This document shows positions 9,484 through 21,316 of a stretch of DNA of 64,000 nucleotides, one piece after another. Made by a program: the position numbers and the translations under genes. Within the stretch, counting starts at the first letter, position 1. Every line of letters starts with the position of its first letter. This DNA comes from Candidatus Oxydemutator sp. (GTDB lineage: Bacteria > Pseudomonadota > Gammaproteobacteria > Poriferisulfidales > Oxydemutatoraceae): contig OZ241883.1 in the NCBI GenBank assembly GCA_965203445.1, forward strand, positions 512,001 to 576,000. Direction: 5' to 3'. The notes under the pieces were generated by a model. That model saw nothing but the letters and a program-made list of their open reading frames with translations. It did no database searches and was not told where the DNA came from.

Positions 9484-10287
9484 ATGTTGTTCTTTCCGCT
9501 GTTCGACGACAACCCGACCGACCGGCGCCCTCTGGTGTCGTGGCTGATCATCGGCGCCTGCGTCGCGGTGTTCTTGTGGCAGGTCGCCCTGCCGCCCGGC
9601 GCCGCGCGCGCCGCGGTGCTCGCCTTCGGCGTGATCCCGGCGGTGCTGCTCGGCGACGCCGCGCCGCCGCTGGCGGGCGCGCTGCCGGCGTGGCTGACGG
9701 TGGTGTCGTCCATGTTTCTGCACGGCGGGTGGATGCACCTGATCGGCAACATGGTGTATCTGTGGATCTTCGGCGACAATGTCGAGGACAGCATGGGGCG
9801 CGGGAGATTCGTGCTGTTTTATCTCGTCTGCGGCCTGGCCGCGGCGCTGACCCAGGCGCTGGTGGATCCGACCTCGCGCGTGCCGCTGATCGGCGCCTCG
9901 GGCGGCATCGCCGGCGTGCTCGGCGCCTACCTGGTGCTGCATCCGCGCGCCAACGTGCGCGTGTTCATGTGGTTTTTCATCATCATCCAGACGATCAACG
10001 TGCCCGCCTTCCTGGTGCTCGGCGTGTGGATCGTGATGCAGCTGGTGAGCGTGCCGCAGGCGCTTTCGGCGGACGGCGGCGTCGCCTATTTCGCGCACGT
10101 CGGCGGCTTCGTCGCCGGCATGGCCCTGGTGCCGTTCTTCCGCCGCCGCGGCGTGCCGCTGTTGGACGCGCCGCACAGCCGCAGCTGGAGCCACGGCAAG
10201 GTCACCCGCGAAGAACTGACCTACACGGTGGCGAAGGACCGCACCCACCACCGCCCGCCACCCCGCATCCATAACGGCGGCGAGTAG
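9484..10287 (+). CDS. Rhomboid-family intramembrane serine protease
   Basis: FLHGGWMHLIGNM, GASG catalytic Ser, AHVGGF catalytic His. Confidence 0.9.
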   Translation: MLFFPLFDDNPTDRRPLVSWLIIGACVAVFLWQVALPPGAARAAVLAFGVIPAVLLGDAAPPLAGALPAWLTVVSSMFLHGGWMHLIGNMVYLWIFGDNVEDSMGRGRFVLFYLVCGLAAALTQALVDPTSRVPLIGASGGIAGVLGAYLVLHPRANVRVFMWFFIIIQTINVPAFLVLGVWIVMQLVSVPQALSADGGVAYFAHVGGFVAGMALVPFFRRRGVPLLDAPHSRSWSHGKVTREELTYTVAKDRTHHRPPPRIHNGGE

Positions 10288-10355
10288 CCGGAGCGCGGGC
10301 CGGGTAAGCGTTCACCGATGCGCTGAACAACTTTCAGGCGCAGCGTCCCAACCAA

Positions 10356-10377
10356 TCCCGCGAAAGCGGGAACCCGG
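10356..10377. repeat. Short palindromic REP-like element (TCCCGCGAAAGCGGGA family)
   Basis: TCCCGC-GAAA-GCGGGA hairpin followed by ACCCGG, between convergent rhomboid and hemB; related copy at 51623-51650. Confidence 0.6.
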
Positions 10378-10412
10378 TGCGGCCATTCGCGCGCGTCCGC
10401 GCGGCCGCGCCT

Positions 10413-11423
<1,011 letters not shown>

Positions 11424-11613
11424 TTATAGGGGGATTCGCCGGTGCGACGGCGGACGGCTGAAACTTCGGATGCTTCTACCCGGGAAACCCCGGGGTTCAG
11501 GCCTGCCCGAACGCACGGTAGAATTGTCCGGACAAGGGGATACAGGAGGGATACAGGGGATATTCAGAGGGTATTCAGGCGCCCGGTTGTTGCCCGCCTA
11601 CGGCCTTGTCCGC

Positions 11614-11964
11614 CTACGGCCAGGGGATGAATTTATAGGCGCCCGCGAACAGAATCGCCGCCGTGATCAATCCGTAAAGCCAGCTGATTCTCTGCGCCTG
11701 CTTATCCACCCTCTCGGGCAACGCAACGAGAAGTTTCAGCAGTCCGCTTACCTCGGCCTGACTCGCATGTATCTCGGCAATGGCTTGTTCCATCCGCTTT
11801 TGCCCCTGCCCCAATTCAGAAATGTTCCCCTCGACGTGGGACATGCCCGCCCCCAGAACTTTTAGCTCGGCCTGGAGTGCGACGATGTCGGCCTGGATTT
11901 TGGGAATGGCCTTGATCTCGCTCTCAATGGCGGCAAGGCGGTCGTTGATTTCCTGGTTTTCCAT
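11614..11964 (-). CDS. Hypothetical coiled-coil protein with C-terminal membrane anchor
   Basis: Heptad-rich MENQEINDRLAAIESEIK..., C-terminal hydrophobic WLYGLITAAILFAGAY; consensus promoter directly upstream. Confidence 0.7.
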   Translation of the reverse strand: MENQEINDRLAAIESEIKAIPKIQADIVALQAELKVLGAGMSHVEGNISELGQGQKRMEQAIAEIHASQAEVSGLLKLLVALPERVDKQAQRISWLYGLITAAILFAGAYKFIPWP

Positions 11965-11970
11965 ATCGCA

Positions 11971-11998
11971 ATAATACCACACGCGCCGCCGTTGTCAA
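11971..11998 (-). promoter_or_regulatory. sigma70 promoter, probably giving a leaderless transcript
   Basis: Minus strand TTGACA, 16 bp, TATTAT, then 6 nt to the ATG at 11964; no SD. Confidence 0.6.
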
Positions 11999-12003
11999 AC
12001 TAT

Positions 12004-12837
12004 TGTATGAGGCCACCACATTCTGGACAAATGGGGTAGTTGTTTTTGGATGGCTAGTCACGGGGTGATATTCCCCAGGCTCCGGTGCGGGCGCTCGCCG
12101 TTGTAGCGTTCCAGATACCTGAACAACGCATCGTTGAAGGCATACAGATCATCAAATAATCTGTCTTCCCGGTAGTCCACGAACTCCTCCTGCACGGTTC
12201 TGTTGAAGCGCTCGCCCAGTGTTCATCTTTGGGCGTTCCTCTTCGGACAACGCGGGTAAGTGTAACAGTGTTCTATACCCGCACGCTTCAGGTATTCGTC
12301 GAACTCTCCCTGATACTCACTGCCATTGTCCGTCAGCACTTTCTCGATGCGCCCTGGAAACAAGGGTTCCCTTCGCAAGCCTTGGGCTTGCTTGCCTCTT
12401 CGCAACTCCGGATGAGGAGCGTTCAATGGCTGCGGCGCGACTGCTGGCGCGGCGACTGGCCAGCGCCAACGCAGGACGACACTTCGGGAACGCCCGTGGG
12501 GGCGTTCCCTTGCCTTGGGGCGCCATCAGGCGAGAGGGCGATCCCGCGCCGCACTCGAGGCGCATCCTACCTGCATTCGCGGTAGCGCTTGCGCCATGCA
12601 TACAGGGTGCTGCGCGAAACCCCGAAGGCGTCTTGGGTTGCAGGTAAGCCATGATTATCCCAGAATATCAGGGCGTCGTATTTGCGTTCGGCACTCGTTG
12701 CCATGATAGCCTCCATTTTGAAAGCGTAGGAAGCTATTTTACGCAACCCTGGGACGCGGTAGCCGACGTGCTTTATTTGCATGTCGGCTACCTTTCTGCG
12801 GCTAAGATATTGTCCAGAATGTTTCTGGCCCTATACA
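12004..12837 (-). mobile_element. Degenerate IS481-family insertion sequence
   Basis: TGT...ACA ends; imperfect TIRs TGTATGAGGCCACCACATTCTGGACAA (12004-12030) and the reverse complement of 12810-12837; HTH fragment (FGVSRSTLYAWRK) and rve fragments (VLTDNGSEY, ERFNRTVQEEF, YNGERPHRSLG) in different frames. Confidence 0.85.
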
Positions 12838-12878
12838 CTGGGGGGGCTACCGGGCGAATGAGAGTAGCCGAACTACAC
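12838..12878 (+). repeat. Left inverted repeat of the 12838-22569 block
   Basis: 34/37 identity to the reverse complement of 22533-22569; perfect 25-bp core CCGGGCGAATGAGAGTAGCCGAACT. Confidence 0.8.
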
Positions 12879-12994
12879 GGGACGGTTCAGCCGCCTTAGG
12901 GGAGAGGGTTCAGTGAAACGCGGATTAGTGTATATAATTTCCGTCGGTAAAATGAGCACCAAATTTTAATCATCATTTCCCAGAGCTACCTGTA

Positions 12995-15900
12995 ATGGCC
13001 GACAAACAAGCATTGCAAGCGCTGTTCGCCGACGCCTACGACCGCGACCGCTGGCTTAAGCAACTGCATGAGATTTTTGCCGGGCGCCTCGAAGTGTTTT
13101 CGGTGCCGCGCGCTTTACCGGCGAGAAAGGGCGAGGATGCGACCGACCGACAACCCGAAAGCCACCATCTCGGCAACCTCATCACCGGCGATGACAAAAA
13201 ACTGGGCGTCTATGAAATACGGGTGGGAACCAACGCCCGGCTTGCCCGCAACCGGGTGCAGCTGCGCAACCTCGTGGCGCGCCAAGTGCAGGCTGATACC
13301 CTGGACGGCGCCCTGGCCGTCTATCCCGATGACTACAACCGCTGGCGCTTCAGCTACATCGCCGTTACCAGAAAACTGGATGAGCAGGGCGCCATCACCA
13401 GAGAAGAAACCGCCCACAAGCGCTATACCTACTTGTTGGGCGAAGGCATGCAAACCCGCACCGCGGTGGAGCGCTTTGCCGACTTGCCGACGCCCCCCAC
13501 TCTCGAACAACTCGACTATGCCTTTGCGACGGAGCCGCTCAACAGGGAGTTCTACTCGAAACTCTATCATTGGTACGATCACGCCAAAGGCCAGGTAACC
13601 TTCCCCAACGATGAAAGCGTGGAGCAGGAAGTCCACAACGCCAACAGTCTCATTCGCCTGCTCACGCGCCTTTTGTTTGTCTGGTTCATGAAAGAGAAGG
13701 GGCTGGCCAACCCCGACCTGTTCGATCTCGGCCAGGTCAAGCAACGGATTGATTGGGAAAGACCGAGCGGCTACTACAAAGCCATCCTGCAAAACCTGTT
13801 TTTTGCCACCTTGAACCGCGAGATAAAAGACCGCCAGTTTCGCACCACCACCGACGGCAAAGCCAACGGCACCAACTATCAGATAACCAATCTCTACCGT
13901 TACCAGGACTATTTCAAAGACAGAAACAAAAAGAAAATTATCGAGCTGTTCGCCCAAACCCCGTTCCTGAACGGCGGCCTGTTCGAGTGCCTGGATCGGC
14001 AAGCCGACAAGGAAGAGATCGCCGCCTATGAACGGAACAAATCCATCCGCAAAGAGAGAAAAGAAAAACGGGCAATCCGCATGGACGGCTTTTCCGACCG
14101 CAAAGACAATGTGCTTTGCGTGCCCAACGACCTCTTTTTCAACGACGACGAGAACCAACCCGGCCTCATCAACGTGCTTTCCCAATACCAGTTCACGGTA
14201 GAGGAAAGCGCGCCTCTGGACGTCGAGGTGGCCCTCGATCCGGAGCTGCTGGGGCTGGTATTCGAGAACCTGCTGGCCGCGTATAACCCGGAAACCAAGG
14301 CAAGCGCGCGCGACGAGACCGGTTCCTACTACACCCCGCGCGAGGTCGTCGCCTACATGGTGGACGAAAGCCTCAAGGCCTACCTGGTGCAGGCCGTGCC
14401 GCCCGAGGACGGCGACGCCGTCTTCTACCGGGAGCGCCTGGATGATTTGTTCGGCGGGGCTTCCAGAACCGGCGAACTGAGCGAACTGGAAAAAGAGGAC
14501 GGAACGGCCTGTATCTACGAGCAGGAAATCCCACGCCTCATCGAGGCAATCAGCCGCATAAACATCCTCGACCCCGCCGTCGGCAGCGGCGCCTTCCCGA
14601 TGGGTGCATTGCAGCGCATGGTCAGTCTGCTGGCTATTCTGGACCCGGACAATGAACGCTGGAAAGAACAGCAACTCGCCCGACTGCCCGACCTGCAAAG
14701 CATAGAACAGGACCTCAAAACCGCCGGAAAAATCAGCGACCGCGAGGCGCGCCGCAAAGCCGAGGAAGAACTGCACAAGCGCAAGCGAGAAATCCAGACC
14801 CTGTTCGCCGGACAAGACCACGACTATCTGCGCAAACTGTATCTGATAGAAAACTGTCTGTTCGGCGTGGACATCCAGCCCATCGCCATTCAGATTGCCA
14901 AGCTGCGCTTCTTCATCTCGCTGGTGATCGAGCAAAAAGACCCGACTGCCGACAAGGATGACAACTACGGCATACTCGCATTGCCGAATCTGGAAACCAG
15001 ATTTGTCGTCGCCGATACCCTGATCGGGCTGAGCAAGCCCGAGCAATGCGCATTACGCTGCCTGGACATTGATGCCAAAGAAAAGCAACTACAGGAAGTC
15101 CGCCACAAACACTTCAACGCCAAGACCCTGAGAACAAAAAGAAAGTACCGCGAACAAGACGAACAGCTGCGCGGGGAGATTGCCGAACTGTTACGGGATG
15201 ACGGCTGGCAGGACGCCGACGCCGGCAAAATCGCCCACTGGAATCCCTACGATCAAAACGCCTCAGCCGCCTGGTTCGACCCCGAATGGATGTTCGGCGT
15301 CAAGGACGGCTTTGACGTGGTCATCGGCAACCCGCCCTATGTGCGGCAAGAGAACATCGGCCCCAAAAAACCGATTCTACTCGAACAATATGCCGACGCC
15401 GTCTCTGCCCGTTCAGACCTGTACTGCTACTTCTATGTCCGCGGCCTGCAACTGCTGCGCGATGGCGGAATGCACGTTTTCGTCTGCTCCAACAGCTGGC
15501 TGGACGTGGGCTACGGCGCGAAACTCCAGGAATATCTGCTGAAAGATACCCATGTACAAGCCATTTACGAAAGCGCCATTGAGCGGCAGTTTTCCACGGC
15601 GGACATCAATACCATCATCAGCGTCATTCGCAAGACGACCGGCGATGACGACGACGCCACCCGGTTCGTACATCTGCTGGAGTCTTTTGAAGCCGCCGTC
15701 GCCGAACGCGGCCGGCGTCGAGAAATCGTCAAAAGCCGGGCGGAACTGCTGACGGCGGGCACCAGCGAGCGCAAGTTTGTGGGCGACAAGTGGGGCGGCA
15801 AATACCTGCGTGCGCCGGACATCTATCACGCGATTCTGAACAAGTGCGCCAACAAACTGGTTCGCTTGGGCGATATTGCGACGGTCAGGTGTGGTATCAA

Positions 15901-16630
15901 GACCGGTGCCAACGACTTCTTTTATCTCACGCCGAAAGTCATTGCGAAATGGGGGATCGAGCCGAAGTTCTACCGACCGGTGATGACCAGCCCACAGGAA
16001 TCCCGCCGCATCGCCGTTAACCCGGCGAACCTGCGTCACCAACTGTTTATGTGCCCTGAGGACAAGGCGGCACTATCCGGCACGGGAGCATTGGCGTATA
16101 TCGAATGGGGCGAAAGGCAGGGCTACCACCGCCGGAGCAGCGTCGCCTCGCGGCGACGATGGTATGACTTGGGCGATAACCTTGATACTAAGCTGGCTTT
16201 GGGTTGTCGGGTGGACACGACAAGCCGTACACTGCTAGCAGTCGACGGCCTATGCTTTGACAAGGCATTTTACAAGATAGATAGCGGGAAGTTACCGACT
16301 GTGCAGACATGCGCGGTGCTGAACTCGACAATGACCCAACTGATGATTAACATAGAGGGGCGGGTAAATTTCGGTGGAGGTCTGTTGGAAATTATGGTCT
16401 ATGAAACGGCACATTTGGCTGTTTTGCACCCGTCGCTACTGCCAGTGCTGGATTCGGATCTATTCGCGTCATCGGATTGGGATGTGCTGACGCCATCACC
16501 GGAGCGTCGGCAAATTGACGACGCCGTGTTCGATGCGCTGGGGTTGACGGCAGGGGAGCGCGAGGCGGTATATACTGGCGTAACCGAGTTGGTCGAAAAC
16601 AGGAAACAACGAGCGCAGAGTGTCGGATGA
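12995..16630 (+). CDS. Eco57I/type IIG-like N6-adenine DNA methyltransferase (large R-M protein with C-terminal TRD)
   Basis: PFLNGGLF, GSYYTP, ILDPAVGSGAF (motif I), VIGNPPY (motif IV), GIKTGANDFF and a C-terminal specificity region. Confidence 0.88.
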   Translation: MADKQALQALFADAYDRDRWLKQLHEIFAGRLEVFSVPRALPARKGEDATDRQPESHHLGNLITGDDKKLGVYEIRVGTNARLARNRVQLRNLVARQVQADTLDGALAVYPDDYNRWRFSYIAVTRKLDEQGAITREETAHKRYTYLLGEGMQTRTAVERFADLPTPPTLEQLDYAFATEPLNREFYSKLYHWYDHAKGQVTFPNDESVEQEVHNANSLIRLLTRLLFVWFMKEKGLANPDLFDLGQVKQRIDWERPSGYYKAILQNLFFATLNREIKDRQFRTTTDGKANGTNYQITNLYRYQDYFKDRNKKKIIELFAQTPFLNGGLFECLDRQADKEEIAAYERNKSIRKERKEKRAIRMDGFSDRKDNVLCVPNDLFFNDDENQPGLINVLSQYQFTVEESAPLDVEVALDPELLGLVFENLLAAYNPETKASARDETGSYYTPREVVAYMVDESLKAYLVQAVPPEDGDAVFYRERLDDLFGGASRTGELSELEKEDGTACIYEQEIPRLIEAISRINILDPAVGSGAFPMGALQRMVSLLAILDPDNERWKEQQLARLPDLQSIEQDLKTAGKISDREARRKAEEELHKRKREIQTLFAGQDHDYLRKLYLIENCLFGVDIQPIAIQIAKLRFFISLVIEQKDPTADKDDNYGILALPNLETRFVVADTLIGLSKPEQCALRCLDIDAKEKQLQEVRHKHFNAKTLRTKRKYREQDEQLRGEIAELLRDDGWQDADAGKIAHWNPYDQNASAAWFDPEWMFGVKDGFDVVIGNPPYVRQENIGPKKPILLEQYADAVSARSDLYCYFYVRGLQLLRDGGMHVFVCSNSWLDVGYGAKLQEYLLKDTHVQAIYESAIERQFSTADINTIISVIRKTTGDDDDATRFVHLLESFEAAVAERGRRREIVKSRAELLTAGTSERKFVGDKWGGKYLRAPDIYHAILNKCANKLVRLGDIATVRCGIKTGANDFFYLTPKVIAKWGIEPKFYRPVMTSPQESRRIAVNPANLRHQLFMCPEDKAALSGTGALAYIEWGERQGYHRRSSVASRRRWYDLGDNLDTKLALGCRVDTTSRTLLAVDGLCFDKAFYKIDSGKLPTVQTCAVLNSTMTQLMINIEGRVNFGGGLLEIMVYETAHLAVLHPSLLPVLDSDLFASSDWDVLTPSPERRQIDDAVFDALGLTAGEREAVYTGVTELVENRKQRAQSVG

Positions 16631-16782
16631 GACGGTAGCGGAAGGTATCTGGATCACGGATATGCAGATGAAGCGAAGGTCACAGATGGCACGAAGGAAA
16701 TGACAGATGTGGAGAGGTTGAATCCGTGCAATTCTTTGACCGCGCCAAGCCGTGATTCAGACAAGAAAACTGGAGGAGATAC

Positions 16783-19700
16783 GATGAATAATCAACAGAA
16801 TGAGCAGAGAGAGGCCTCCAGAACGGGAAGGTTCCCAAATAGTACCCACATCGTTCATGCCGCCAACCTTGAAGGATATGCAGATAGCATAAACAGCCAA
16901 ACCGTAATACCAGAGTTGATCTGCAAGCTTGTGAAGCTGTCTGTCTTCGAAGCCTCTGAGATCCGTATTCCCTACGGAGATGCAGTCAATCAAAGCGGTT
17001 GGGATGGGATTGTGGAGGCAGAATCGGCTTTTCTAGAGTTTGTTCCGGAGGGACGGTCGTATTGGGAGATTGGCACAGGGAAACATCCTCAGAACAAGGC
17101 GACCAGAGACTTTGAAAAGAGAACGCGGCAACTTTCCGCTGAGGACCGGGCTCGGAGTACCTTTGTTTTTGTAACACCTCGTTACGCTGGCTGGGGAGGG
17201 ACGAAACGGGAGGAGTTGCTGACGCGCGGAAAAGCTGAAGGCTGGAAAGATGTTCGCATTATTGATGGTGTCAAGCTCGCCGATTGGTTGCGGGAATTTC
17301 CCGCTGTGGGCAAGTGGATGGCGAAAAAGATGGGCTTGTTGGAAAAATTAGACGGAATTTCGACGCTGGGGGAGCATTGGAAAAATATCGTCTCTGTGAC
17401 TAACCCAGGCGATCCTCCTGTTCCACCGACACTATTCACTGAAGGGCGCAGCAATGCATGCAATGCGCTTCAGGCACTGTTTGAAGGCACCTCGCAAAAG
17501 TTGCGGTTGCTTGCAGAGGGCAAGCAGGATGTTGCCGATTTTGTTGCGGCTTACATCGGGACTCTTGATGAGGATACCGCACAGGATTACGCCAACCGAT
17601 GCCTCTGTATCGCTGAAGAAGACGCTTGGCGTATGGTTGTAGCAAGGCGGAAATCACACGTTCTGGTCGCTGATCCTCGGCTCAGTTCGGTGTTGTTGTA
17701 CGAGCAACCCGATCTCCTGACAAGCGCCATGCTAAAAGGACACGCGGTGATAGTTTCTCTTTGCGGTGCATATCCAGAAGGAGATCCTAAGATCATCAAA
17801 CTGCAAAGTCCGTCTCAGTCTCAGATGGAACAGATGCTGCAAGAGGCAGGTTACTCGATTGTGCGTGCGCGAGAACTAGCGGTCGATACAGGTGGCCGAC
17901 TGTCCGCTTTGCTCAGATCTTTACGTGAACTGGGAGCTGTGCCGCCCTATGCAACATGGGAAAACGTGAGACGCCTTGCACAAGCGGGACTCGCCGGAAA
18001 ATGGAATGGAAAAAATGTGGCGGATCGGAAAGCTTTGAAGAATTTGTCGGGGAAAAAATATGGGGAGTGGATCGAGGACTTGGCACACCGCACTGATCGC
18101 TCGGACTCTCCCCTGATGCAACGCAATGAAAAATGGCGATTCGTCGAGCGAGGGGAAGCATGGAGAGCGTTGGGGTACAAAATAAGGGATGAAGACCTTG
18201 AACGGCTCGAAGAGACCGCCGTTGCGGTTTTAGGGGAAAGGGATCCAAAGTTTGACTTGCCCAAAGAAGAACGATTCATGGCAAACATTCACGGCAAAGA
18301 ATTGAAACATTCCCGTATGCTCCGAGAAGGCATGGCGGAAACACTCGCGCTTGTTGGCAGTCGCCCAGAAGCACTTTCCAAATGTTCGTTGCATAAAGCC
18401 GAATACACGGCTGTTTGTACCGTCCGACGACTTTTGGAGAATGCTGAATGGGACCGCTGGGCCAGTTTGAATTCGCTGTTGCCACTTCTGGCTGAAGCGG
18501 CTCCCGATGAGTTTCTCGACGCCGTCGAGTCGGCATTGGAAGATTTGGCCCAATCTCCATTTCATGAAGTTTTTGCCCAAGAAGGTAGTGGCATGGGAGG
18601 GTGGAACTACATGAGTGGCCTGTTGTGGGCTTTGGAAACCCTTGCCTGGCATCCTGATTTCCTTTCGCGGGTAACCGGGATTCTATCCGATCTTGCTTCG
18701 ATTGATCCCGGAGGGAAGTGGGTAAATCGGCCGTTAAATTCCCTCATTGATATTTTCCTGCCTTGGCATGTGCAGACAAATGCCTCGCTCGAGAAACGAA
18801 AGGCGGCTGTCAAAAACGTGCTCCGAGAGCAACCGAAAACAGGTTGGCAGTTGATTATCGGTCTATTGCCACACACTCACGGTTCCACTTCTGGATGCCA
18901 TCAACCGACTTGGCGAGACTACATTCCGAGAGACTGGAAGGATGGAGTCTCGGCATTAGAGCATTGGGAACAGATAACGACATACGCCGGGATGGCAATA
19001 GAACTCGCAAAGACGTGCACTGAGAAATTGGGCGAGTTAATCAACCATATGTCCGATTTGCCCAATCCGGCACTCGAGAATCTTCTGGAACACATGGCCT
19101 CAAAAGAGATTATGGCTTTCCCCGAGGCTGATCGCGTTTTAATCTGGGAAAAATTAGATGGTTTAGTGCGCCGACACCGAAAATTTGCGGATGCCAGATG
19201 GGCAATGCCTGAAGGTACAATTTCAAAAATTGAGATTGTGGCAAACACCCTGGCACCCGAGGCTCCAGTATTGAAATATCGTTATCTGTTTAATGGTCGA
19301 GATGCGGACCTTTTTCCTGATAAGGGAAATTACGAGGAACAGCGAAAACACCTTGATAAAGTTCGGCAGGATGCTGTGCAGGAGATTTTTGATACGGGAG
19401 GCGTGTCTGCTGTACTGGATTTCGCTCAGAGTGTTTCTATGCCTGGCAATGTCGGATATGCTTTGGGTGAGATCGTAAGTGAAGATATTGAGACGGAAAT
19501 TCTCCCGTCTCTGCTTGATACTGAAGACGAAACTGAGGAATGGGTTGTATCCGGATTTGTTCAGGGGCGATTCCAGAAATCGAGTTGGACCTGGGTTGAT
19601 CAGGTTCTCGGGAACTCCTGGAACGACACCCGGAAAAGTGCGTTCCTGACTTTGCTTCCATTTGAGGAGGATGTCTGGAGGCGAGTAGAGAAACACCTCG

Positions 19701-20650
19701 GCAAAGAGAATGAAAGGCTCTACTGGCTGAAGGTTGCCGTAAATCCGTATGGGCCAGAGCGAGACTTGACTTCAGCGATTGAGAAGTTGCTTGAATATGA
19801 ACGGGGGGCCGAAGCCGTCCTTTGTGTTTCTTGCACAGTCAACAACAGAGAGAAATTTAAGGAAGACCTTGCAATTCGGGCACTTCTCGCGATGCTGAAG
19901 CAGCCTGATGTCGACGTTCGGCCAGACCAATATCAGATTGTCGAGGTGATAAAACGCCTTCAGGAATCCTCCTCCGTTGACCCGGACGATCTTTGCAAGA
20001 TCGAATGGTACTTCCTGCCGCTCCTGGAGCATTTCTCACCTGAATCTGGATCACCCGCTACACTCGAAAAACGTCTCGCTTCGACCCCCGCCTTCTTCGC
20101 TGATATAGTAGCTTGCGCCTTTCGTTCAGAGAACGAAGCTGAAAGCGAGGGCGAACCGAGCGAAGAAAGGAAGGCGAAGGCCTCCAATGCCTACGAGCTC
20201 CTATACGCATGGAGAAGGTGTCCCGGCAAACTTTCCGATGATTCCTTTGATGAAGAAAAATTCACGCATTGGTTGAAGGAGGCAAAGCGAATTACGAAAG
20301 AGACTGGTCACAGTGAAATTGCTCAGGAGCGGATCGGTCACATATTGGCATACGCACCAGAAGATCCCGACGGTCTATGGATACATCGGGCAGTTGCGTC
20401 GGCATTGAACGAAAAAGGTGCAGAAGATATGCGCTCCGGCTTTACGATTGAGCTTTTCAATCAGCGGGGCGTCGTCCACGGCTTCACTGCCGGGAAAGAA
20501 GAACGAGAACTGGCGCAACAAAATCGCAAAAAGGCAGAAGCGCTTGAGACAGCAGGTTATCCAAGATTTGCAACTGCAATGCGCAAGTTTGCAAAAAGCT
20601 ATGAACAAGATGCGGAATTTCTCGCACAGATAAACCCATTTGATGAGTAA
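16783..20650 (+). CDS. Large hypothetical protein, candidate anti-phage effector (N-terminal restriction-endonuclease-like domain, long helical C-terminus)
   Basis: SD GGAGGAG before ATG 16783; GWDG...SYWEIGT PD-(D/E)xK-like motif; visibly lower GC than the flanks; function is inferred. Confidence 0.6.
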
Positions 20651-20728
20651 CCCGTCTCATGTCTTAAGACCACCGCTACAATTATGACGGCAAGGGTCGA
20701 AAGAAACCGCCGCCGCTGATTGCGAGGC

Positions 20729-21300
20729 TTGCCTGAAAAAAGAAGCTGATTCCGTTCGGGTGGTACGGTGGCAAGTTCTCGCACCTGGACTGGCTGTCGC
20801 CGCTGTTGTTGCAGTGTCATCATTACTGCGAACCGTTTGGGGGCTCCGCCGCCTTATTGCTGAATCGCGCGCCCGCCCCCGTAGAAACGTACAACGATCT
20901 CGACGGCGAGGTCTGCAATTTCTTTCGCGTGCTTCGGGACGAATCCAAGGCATTGACCCGGCTGATCGGGCTGACCCCCTTTTCGCGCGAGGAATTCGGG
21001 ATTGCCTGCACGCTCGACCCGGACGCCTCTCCGGTAGAGCGGGCGCGAAGGTTTTACGTCAGGGCGAGACAGGTGCGCACGGGTCTGGCGCAGACCGCCT
21101 CGATGGGCCGATGGGCAAATTGCAAAAACACGACCAGGGCCGGGATGAGCGGCGTTGTCAGTCGCTGGTTCAAGCACGTTTCCCCGCCAAGAACCAACCA
21201 CGCGACAAAAGGCAAGCGGATCGAGGTGCCGTGGACGAATTACGATCTGCGAAAAATTCTTTCCCGACGGGAGATACAGGAAAAGCTCGAGCTGGCCTGA
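20729..21300 (+). pseudogene. Dam-family DNA adenine methylase pseudogene
   Basis: PFGWYGGK, YCEPFGGS and YNDLDGE motifs present; start region out of frame at an A6 run; DPPY catalytic region missing (..VVSRW joined to FKHVSP..VPWTNY). Confidence 0.8.
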
Positions 21301-21316
21301 TGACGGAGACGCCGCC

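Noticed and set aside
11535-11580. Short GGGATACAG-like repeats as a CRISPR array or iterons
   Set aside because: Units are about 10 bp, degenerate and without spacers; no cas or rep gene is present.
11996-12845. Target-site duplication for the IS481 remnant
   Set aside because: The flanks (AACTAT vs CTGGGG) do not match, so a simple recent insertion cannot be claimed.
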